Shown: one piece after another, positions 6,834 through 13,086 of the stretch | Layout of the letters: the number at the start of each line of letters is the position of its first letter | How positions within the stretch are numbered: the stretch's first letter is position 1 | NCBI GenBank assembly: GCA_039586795.1 | Contig: JBDHJS010000080.1 | Coordinates: 1-13,086 of the forward strand | Source of the DNA: Gemmatimonadota bacterium | Lineage (GTDB): Bacteria > Gemmatimonadota > Gemmatimonadetes > Palauibacterales > KS3-K002 | DNA length: 13,086 nucleotides | Direction of reading: 5' to 3' | The notes under the pieces: generated by a model | The model's input: only the letters and a program-made list of their open reading frames with translations | What the model was told of the DNA's origin: nothing | The model's database searches: none | Program-made: the position numbers and the translations under genes

Positions 6834-9314
6834 CTACTGTCCCGGCCTCCGCAACGGAGCCAGCGTGCGGAAAGCCCGCGCCCTCAGCGACTGAGCCGTC
6901 TCCTGATCCCCCGCCGCTGCGAGAACCTCAGCCCGATAGAAATCCGCGCCCGCAGTCCTGTAGAGCCGGGGCTCCGCCCCACCCGCGAGTAGTCGATCCC
7001 CCGGAAGGTCCCGCGCAGCGTTGATCGTATCGAACAGGTCCGCCAGCTCTGGTCCCGTCAACCAACTCGCCTCACCCGCCATCACCGCTCGCAGCGTCCG
7101 CGGCGCCAGCCACTCGATCCGCGGCCGCCGATCCGTATTCATCGGGACGTGCTCGAGATCCCCAACCTGACCGCTGAGATCACCCGCGTAGAGCACCATG
7201 AATCCGGTAAGCTCGCTCAGAAATCCGTCTTCAAACGGGTCGCTGTTGCGAAGCTGGGCCAGCCGAGTCTCGAGCCCGGTTAGGTCTATAGACCGACCGT
7301 CGGCGTGGGCCACAAGCGCCAGGCTGGCCCCGCTGGGGCTGAAGACGCCGCGCCACAGGGTGACGTTCTCGAAGACGGACAGGAACGTTGCGGCGATGAT
7401 ATCGAACTCGCGCCGCGAGAGCTGCCAGAGCGGGAGCCACTGCGCGTAGATGCCGCCCGGCGCCAACCTCGACCTGACCGTCTCGAAGTGCTCCCGGGCG
7501 AACAGCGCACCCACGCCAGCGCGCCACGGGACGAAGAGATCGCCGATGATGACGTCGAACTGTTCCTTCGTGCCGGCCATATGGTTGCGGCCGTCCTCAG
7601 CGACGATCTCGACTCGCGGATCACCCACCAATCCCTGGTTCCAGGGCTCGAAGTAGTCGCGAGCCGCCTCGACAACCTCGGGGACCAGCTCCATGACGAC
7701 GACGCGTTCCACTTCCGGATGCGCCAGGGCGGCGCCGGCGCTGATTCCTGTTCCCATCCCGACGAACGCGACGCGCCGCGGTTCCGGGTGCAGCAGCAGC
7801 GGCACATGGCCCTGGCGACGCTCTTCTGCTACCACGGCGCTGCCGCCTATGGCGTAGTGGTTGTCGAGCTTGATGCGTCGATCGCCGCTCCGCTCGACGA
7901 CCGCCACCGCACCCCGGGCCCCTTCCTTGGCCCAGATGATCCGCTCGCCCGCCTCCACGCTCGCTACCGGCAGCGACAGTGGGGAGGCGATCAGCGCTAT
8001 GAGGAGTAGAGCCGAGAAAGCTACCGCCCGTTCCGGCCCGCCCCAGCGGGGCTGCTCGGGCCGGGGGACGCCTGCCTCCGCCATTACCAGATAGAGGACG
8101 GCCATCGCTGCGAGGCTCGGGCCGAGCCCCAACCACGGTAGGGCAACGAACCCGGTAGCTATGGGCCCCAGGATCCCGCCCAGCGTGTTGACCGCCGTCG
8201 GACGACCCAGCCGACTGCCCGATCCCGGCCGATCGCGCCAGAGCTCCCAAATGCAGGGAAGGGTCATGCCGGCGGCGACGACCGGCAGCAGCACGACGGC
8301 GGCGGTGAGGGCAATAGATGAGAGGCTGTCGGTCAGCCAGCTCCCTCCGGCGGAAAACGGCTGTAGTCCTCCCGTCAGCAGGGTGAGCACTGCCGGCGTC
8401 AGGGCTACCAGCACGGCGGTAGCCAGTAAGCTGAGGCGTAGAATGCGCCAGGCCGGGTACCGCCGGAGCAGCCAGGCGACGAGCGCGGCGCCTATGGATA
8501 GGCCAGCGAGGAATACGGCGACCACCGAACCGAAGGAGTAGACCGAGTTCTGGAGGACCAGCGCCAGCATCCGCGTCCAGAGAAGCTCGAGCCCGATGGT
8601 CGCGAAGCCGGAAGCGAGGGCCAGCGTCAGGAGCCGACGCGACCAGGGCGCCTCGGCGGGCTCGGCTGCTGGCCGCTCGAACGCCGGCGGTTGGAGCCGC
8701 TCCTCTCGGGATAGCCAGCCAGCGAGCGCCGCGATGCCCAGGCTGATTCCAACCGCCAGGCCGTAGCTACCCGGCACACCGAGCCATAACGGAAGCGCGA
8801 AGGTGGCGATCAGAGCGCCCACCACGGCTCCGACAATGTTGGCGGCGTACAGGCGTCCGCCCTGCTCGCCGAGTTCCCCTTCGTCGCCGACCACGGCCCG
8901 TCCCAGAGCTGGGAGCGTCCCGCCCATCAACAAGGTGGCCGGGACAAGGGCGAGGGCTGCCAGCGCCATCTTGAACAGCGTGAACGCCAGCGGCGCGCCA
9001 GCCAGGGCGCCGAACAGGTCATCGTAGAGTGATCGGTAGAGGATCAGAACCAGCGGAACCGGCAACGCCGCGATGGCGATCCCGAGCTCGAGTAGGGCGT
9101 AGAGTCGGAGCGGGCGCGGTGTCCGGTCGGCGTGGCGGCCGAACAGATCCGATCCGAGTGCGAGCCCGAGAAAGAACGCGGAAAGGACGGCGGCCGCCGC
9201 TTGAGCGGTGACGCCGAAGACGGCGGCGAAGGCGCGCACCCAGAGCACTTGATAGATGAGGGCGACAGCTCCGGAGGCGGCGAACAGGATGTGGAGCGTG
9301 GTCTTGCGAGTGAT
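6834..9314 (-). CDS. Fused MFS-like membrane domain / spermidine-synthase-like SAM-fold protein
   Basis: Roughly 13 hydrophobic helices in two homologous halves (LFAASGAVALIYQVLWVRAF vs LALASGFATIGLELLWTRML). Then a Rossmann domain: PLLLHPEPRRVAFVGMGTG, VVVMELVPEV, DPRVEIVAEDGRNHM, FDVIIGD, RSRLAPGGIYAQW. The frame extends 22 codons upstream of the track's GTG 9248 to an SD-preceded ATC at 9314; the start is inferred. Confidence 0.88.
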   Translation of the reverse strand: MTRKTTLHILFAASGAVALIYQVLWVRAFAAVFGVTAQAAAAVLSAFFLGLALGSDLFGRHADRTPRPLRLYALLELGIAIAALPVPLVLILYRSLYDDLFGALAGAPLAFTLFKMALAALALVPATLLMGGTLPALGRAVVGDEGELGEQGGRLYAANIVGAVVGALIATFALPLWLGVPGSYGLAVGISLGIAALAGWLSREERLQPPAFERPAAEPAEAPWSRRLLTLALASGFATIGLELLWTRMLALVLQNSVYSFGSVVAVFLAGLSIGAALVAWLLRRYPAWRILRLSLLATAVLVALTPAVLTLLTGGLQPFSAGGSWLTDSLSSIALTAAVVLLPVVAAGMTLPCIWELWRDRPGSGSRLGRPTAVNTLGGILGPIATGFVALPWLGLGPSLAAMAVLYLVMAEAGVPRPEQPRWGGPERAVAFSALLLIALIASPLSLPVASVEAGERIIWAKEGARGAVAVVERSGDRRIKLDNHYAIGGSAVVAEERRQGHVPLLLHPEPRRVAFVGMGTGISAGAALAHPEVERVVVMELVPEVVEAARDYFEPWNQGLVGDPRVEIVAEDGRNHMAGTKEQFDVIIGDLFVPWRAGVGALFAREHFETVRSRLAPGGIYAQWLPLWQLSRREFDIIAATFLSVFENVTLWRGVFSPSGASLALVAHADGRSIDLTGLETRLAQLRNSDPFEDGFLSELTGFMVLYAGDLSGQVGDLEHVPMNTDRRPRIEWLAPRTLRAVMAGEASWLTGPELADLFDTINAARDLPGDRLLAGGAEPRLYRTAGADFYRAEVLAAAGDQETAQSLRARAFRTLAPLRRPGQ

Positions 9315-9449
9315 AGCGGTCTCCCGGGAACGTTTGTTTCCGCCGTCTCAGCTTTATCGAATTGCCAATGGCGTGGAAGCTTGACGCCGGGGGCGGAAAG
9401 TTGCAAGATCCCCCCTCGCGGTGACGGGAGACGCCGCCAGATTGGGTAC

Positions 9450-9479
9450 TTGACAGGGTTAGGAAATAGGCCCTAAATT
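9450..9479 (+). promoter_or_regulatory. Putative sigma70 promoter for the TonB-dependent receptor
   Basis: TTGACA (9450-9455), 18-nt spacer, TAAATT (9474-9479). Confidence 0.65.
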
Positions 9480-9485
9480 GGGCCC

Positions 9486-9796
9486 CGTCATTGATCCGAC
9501 TCAGTAGCAGTTCCTTTCGCCAGGGTTGAGATGCCGCAGAGCCGGCTCTAGCTGGCCAGTTTCGGCACCTTCATATAGATCATTTCGTTTTGGAGTTCGG
9601 TTAACCAAACACGCTCCGGTGTAGCGGACTACGCCGGAATCGCTGTGTAGTCGTTCAACTTTCACAGGAGGAAGGTCGAGGGGGCTTTGTATTTTGTTTG
9701 TTTCCCAACATCATAGTTTCACACGTGTTCCATTGGCCGTACCCCGGTACTGCCGGGGGGACTCGCATCTCTAGCGGCAGGTAAAAGGAGGAGGCC
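9486..9796 (+). promoter_or_regulatory. Long, structured 5' leader of the TBDR (no known riboswitch recognised)
   Basis: About 310 nt, lower GC than the genes, with hairpins at 9615-9638 and 9742-9758 and a strong SD aggaggagg at 9786-9794. The 5' end is inferred from the promoter. Confidence 0.4.
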
Positions 9797-12700
9797 GTGA
9801 AAGAGCGTCTATCGTACGTCTCGCACGTCCTGACCCTGGCTGCGGCGTTTGTCCTGTTTATTGGGGTGAACACCGCGAGCGCTCAGGTCGGGAAGATCAC
9901 GGGAGTGGTCACGGACGCCCAGACAGGCGAAGCGCTGTCGGGCGTGCAGGTCTACCTGGAGGGCACGGGTCGTGGTGCTCTGACGGGTGAGAATGGCCGC
10001 TACTTCCTGGTGAACGTTCCGGTAGGAACGTACACGGTAGTGGCGGAGTTTCTCGGTTACGCGACCTACCGGATCGAGAATGTCTTCCTGCGAATCGACC
10101 AAACGCGGACGATCGACTTTCAGTTGACGCCGCAGGCGATCGCAGTGGAGGAGATCCGAGTAGAAGCCGAGCGAGTACCGCTCATCGACGTGACGTCGAC
10201 GGGCAGCGCGAATACGGTGACGGCGGAGCAGATTACGGCGTTACCGGTGAACAGCATTGAGGAAGCGCTCGCGCTGCAGCAGGGCTTCCTGAATGTACCG
10301 GACCAGACGAACCTGATCGCGTTCTCTGAGACACGTCGTAACGCGCTGACGCCGGTCCGGATTCGCGGTGGACGAGCTGGTGAGACGCTGATGCTGGTGG
10401 ACGGGATTCCGGTGAACAACTTCCTGTACGGAAGTCCGGCGATCTCGATCACGCCAGAAGCGGTTGGCCAGATCGACTACATCCGCGGCGGCTTCCCGGC
10501 ACAGTACGGGAACGCGCTGTCGGGGATCCTGAACTACGCGACCAAAGAGGGTTCGGGTACGAACCTCGAGGGCGCGGTCAACTTCCGAACGGGCAGTTTT
10601 GGCGATGCTCTGGGCAACGGCTACGACGAAGTGTCGGAGTTCGACCAGTTCGAGGCCTACGTCGCTGGCCCGGTACCGGGAACGGAGTGGGGCGCTGACA
10701 ATCCGCGCCTGCGCTTCATGATCGCGGGTCGCCGCACGGGCGGTGCTGACCGGGCGCTGGAGTTCGACGACGACGTATACGATCCCACGGAGCGGGTTGA
10801 TGACAACCTGAACCCGTTCTTGGGTCCGAACTTCATGGACGTGTGGCCTGGCTGGCGCGGACTCGGTTTCCGCCGCGCCCGGGACCTGTTCGGCAAGTTG
10901 ACGTACTACTTTACGCCGACGATGAAGCTGAACTTCACCTTCATCGACTATCAGATCGACCGTAAGCCTTACGACTTCATCTTCCTGCCGAACTACGGCA
11001 ATCCACTCGAATCTCCGATCATCGACACGCAAGCCGACTCCGTGGTTTACTTCATGAACCGCTTCGGCAGCCGGCTGCGCCCGATGACGTTCCCGCTCGT
11101 CGTTCAGAACTCGGTTCAGCAGAACCGTCGTCTGTTCGTGTTCGGGTGGGACCACACGATCGGCCGTGGCGCCTATCGAGTGGCGGTGGGTCGGTTCGAC
11201 CAGGACCGGAAGACGTGTAACGTGTTCCAGGGCGTCTGCCTGAACGACGTGATCGAGGATCCGTTCCAGGCGTTCGCCGATGGTAACTTCACCGACGACC
11301 AGTTCTTCAGCCCGAAGGACGGCACATGCGACACGCACCCGACCTGCGGTGCGGATGCGTTCTACGGCGGTGAGGAGCTCGAGACGCTGGTGGGCCGCGC
11401 CGACGCGCAGTACCAGGCGACGGACCATCACAACCTCGCGTTCGGCGTCTACTACGAGACGCACGACATCTTCATGGACGAGTGGCAGAACGTCGGCACG
11501 AACCAGGTGAACATCTACCGCTCGCAGTACTCGGCGGACCCCTGGAACGCCGCGTTCTACATTCAGGACCAGATCGAGTACGACTTCGTGACGGTCAACA
11601 TCGGGCTGCGCTGGGACATCGGTAAGGCGGGTGGCCTGTTCTTCCCGGATCCGCTCGACCCGACGAACGGGACGACGGCGACGGGTACGAACAACCCGCG
11701 GTCTTCAGGCTATAGCCCGATCATTCGCCGGGACGGTCCCTGCATCGCGCCTGAGGATTGGCAGGACGTGAACGTTCGCTACTTCGACGGCTTGCAGACG
11801 ATCGACACCGTGATGAGCGCCGACCTCAGCTGGACGCGGGATTCGTGTCTGGCCTCCGAGGACGCGATCACCAGTGCGGCGCTGATCGCCTCGTCCGACG
11901 ACTTCTCTGAGGCAGGCACGCGCAGCGCGGTTTCGCCGCGCATCGGACTGTCGTTCCCGGTGACGGCAAATTCGTCGTTCTTCTTCAACTTCGGTCGCTT
12001 CACCCAGAACCCGTTGCTCAACAACATCTATGTGAACACGGGTATCGGTAAGGACACGGCGATCATCGTCCCGGTGGCGGACGCCAGCGAGTGTGCGTTC
12101 TCGGGCGAGGGTACGTCACGGTCGAGCTACTCGTTCAACGCTGGCACCGGCGAGTGCACGATCGCGTCGCCGCTCGAGGGCACACCCTCGGGCGTCACGA
12201 CGACCGTACCGGGTGAGGGTGGCCCGGGCATCGTCGGCTACCCCGGCCTCAAGGTCGAGAAGACGACGCTGTACGAGCTGGGCTACCTGGCCGAGCTGTG
12301 GGACAACTACGCGCTGAGCCTCGTGGTCTTCGCGAAAGACCAGACCGGCCTGCAGGGTATTCGCACCGGCGGCGTCAGCCAGGGCTTCCAGGTGTTCGAC
12401 CCGGGCAACACGTATCGTGACCCGACGCCGAACTACCAGATCATCGTCAACCAGGACTTCCAGACGGTCCGCGGCTTCGAGATCTCTCTGCGCCGCCGGG
12501 TCGTGAACTACTGGGGCTTTGACATCAACTACGCGTTCGCCCGCACGAAGACCAATGCGGCGGCGCCTGAGCAGGAATTCGAGAACCAGATTGACCAGGG
12601 CGACCCGGCCCAGCTGCTGGAGATCAACTCCGAGATCGACCAGCCGCAGAATCTGGCGGCCTCGCTCTTCTTCCAGATGGGCAACGAGACGCCTCAGGGA

Positions 12701-13086
12701 TGGGGTTGGGCCAGCAACTCGTCGTTCTCGCTGGTCGGTCGATTCTCGAGCGGCTTCCCGTACACGCCGACCACCAACGTGTTCGGCTTCGGGATCGCGC
12801 AGCTCAACCGGAACAGCAATCGTGGTCCGTCCACCTGGACACTCGACTTCAGGCTGGCCAAGGCTTTCTGGTGGGGCAACATGCTCTATGACTTCTTCTT
12901 CCAGGTTTCCAACCTGCTCGACAAGAAGAACTGCACGCAGGTCTACCCGACTACGGGTGACTGCGTGATGGGTACCTTCGACCAGAGCCGTCGTCGCGAG
13001 GGTAACACGGTGGCGGCGGACGCGATCACGTCGACGCTGGTTGACAGGCCACAGTACGTCGGTCAGCGGCGCACGATCCTGGCTGG
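9797..13086 (+). CDS. TonB-dependent outer-membrane receptor with N-terminal carboxypeptidase-regulatory-like domain (3' end just beyond window)
   Basis: Hand translation from GTG 9797 is open to the window end (1096 codons). It reads: signal peptide MKERLSY...NTASA|Q; GKITGVVTDAQTGEALSGVQV...GRYFLVNVPVGTYTV; plug IRGGRAGETLMLVDGIPV and GGFPAQYGNALSGILNYATKEG; barrel strands FYIQDQIEY..VNIGLRWD, SPRIGLSFP, EKTTLYELG, VRGFEISL, SGFPYTP, VSNLLDKKN; and ends PQYVGQRRTILAG, the start of the last strand. The ORF track misses it because there is no stop in the window. Confidence 0.95.
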   Translation, partial: MKERLSYVSHVLTLAAAFVLFIGVNTASAQVGKITGVVTDAQTGEALSGVQVYLEGTGRGALTGENGRYFLVNVPVGTYTVVAEFLGYATYRIENVFLRIDQTRTIDFQLTPQAIAVEEIRVEAERVPLIDVTSTGSANTVTAEQITALPVNSIEEALALQQGFLNVPDQTNLIAFSETRRNALTPVRIRGGRAGETLMLVDGIPVNNFLYGSPAISITPEAVGQIDYIRGGFPAQYGNALSGILNYATKEGSGTNLEGAVNFRTGSFGDALGNGYDEVSEFDQFEAYVAGPVPGTEWGADNPRLRFMIAGRRTGGADRALEFDDDVYDPTERVDDNLNPFLGPNFMDVWPGWRGLGFRRARDLFGKLTYYFTPTMKLNFTFIDYQIDRKPYDFIFLPNYGNPLESPIIDTQADSVVYFMNRFGSRLRPMTFPLVVQNSVQQNRRLFVFGWDHTIGRGAYRVAVGRFDQDRKTCNVFQGVCLNDVIEDPFQAFADGNFTDDQFFSPKDGTCDTHPTCGADAFYGGEELETLVGRADAQYQATDHHNLAFGVYYETHDIFMDEWQNVGTNQVNIYRSQYSADPWNAAFYIQDQIEYDFVTVNIGLRWDIGKAGGLFFPDPLDPTNGTTATGTNNPRSSGYSPIIRRDGPCIAPEDWQDVNVRYFDGLQTIDTVMSADLSWTRDSCLASEDAITSAALIASSDDFSEAGTRSAVSPRIGLSFPVTANSSFFFNFGRFTQNPLLNNIYVNTGIGKDTAIIVPVADASECAFSGEGTSRSSYSFNAGTGECTIASPLEGTPSGVTTTVPGEGGPGIVGYPGLKVEKTTLYELGYLAELWDNYALSLVVFAKDQTGLQGIRTGGVSQGFQVFDPGNTYRDPTPNYQIIVNQDFQTVRGFEISLRRRVVNYWGFDINYAFARTKTNAAAPEQEFENQIDQGDPAQLLEINSEIDQPQNLAASLFFQMGNETPQGWGWASNSSFSLVGRFSSGFPYTPTTNVFGFGIAQLNRNSNRGPSTWTLDFRLAKAFWWGNMLYDFFFQVSNLLDKKNCTQVYPTTGDCVMGTFDQSRRREGNTVAADAITSTLVDRPQYVGQRRTILA

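Noticed and set aside
9369..9384. Sigma54 promoter (tggcgtggaagcttga)
   Set aside because: The GG-N10-GC spacing is not met and the -12 GC is absent.
9486..9796. Cobalamin or c-di-GMP riboswitch upstream of the TBDR
   Set aside because: Could not find the GGGAA/B12-box (GCCACUG..AGYCRGAA) or the GGCAAAC/GAAA-receptor motifs by eye. An Rfam scan would be decisive.
10241..11464. 407-aa minus-strand ORF (and other short ORFs over 9800-13086)
   Set aside because: Antisense or off-frame shadows of the TonB-dependent receptor, caused by its strong codon bias.

Overview
GC-rich bacterial chromosomal segment; the gene set and protein style suggest Gemmatimonadota/FCB group (inference, not searched). 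It opens with the last ~26 nt of a 5S rRNA and a perfect bidirectional terminator shared with a convergent minus-strand operon (V4R-domain protein, ruvX/yqgF, mltG, thiE). Next is a signal-peptide-bearing Xaa-Pro aminopeptidase that is broken by an out-of-frame deletion of its catalytic His/Glu segment. It is separated from a convergent class A PBP (PBP1A family) by an inverted heptamer-repeat/hairpin element. A hexamer-repeat/palindrome patch follows, then a fused MFS-like/spermidine-synthase-like membrane protein that appears to start at a non-canonical ATC codon. Divergent from that lie a sigma70 promoter, a ~310-nt structured leader and a >1096-aa Cys-paired TonB-dependent receptor that runs off the window and is absent from the ORF track. 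No transposase, CRISPR array or tRNA was seen. I cannot demonstrate a new system from this sequence alone; the best leads are the ATC start, the broken pepP, the TBDR leader and the V4R-ruvX-mltG linkage.
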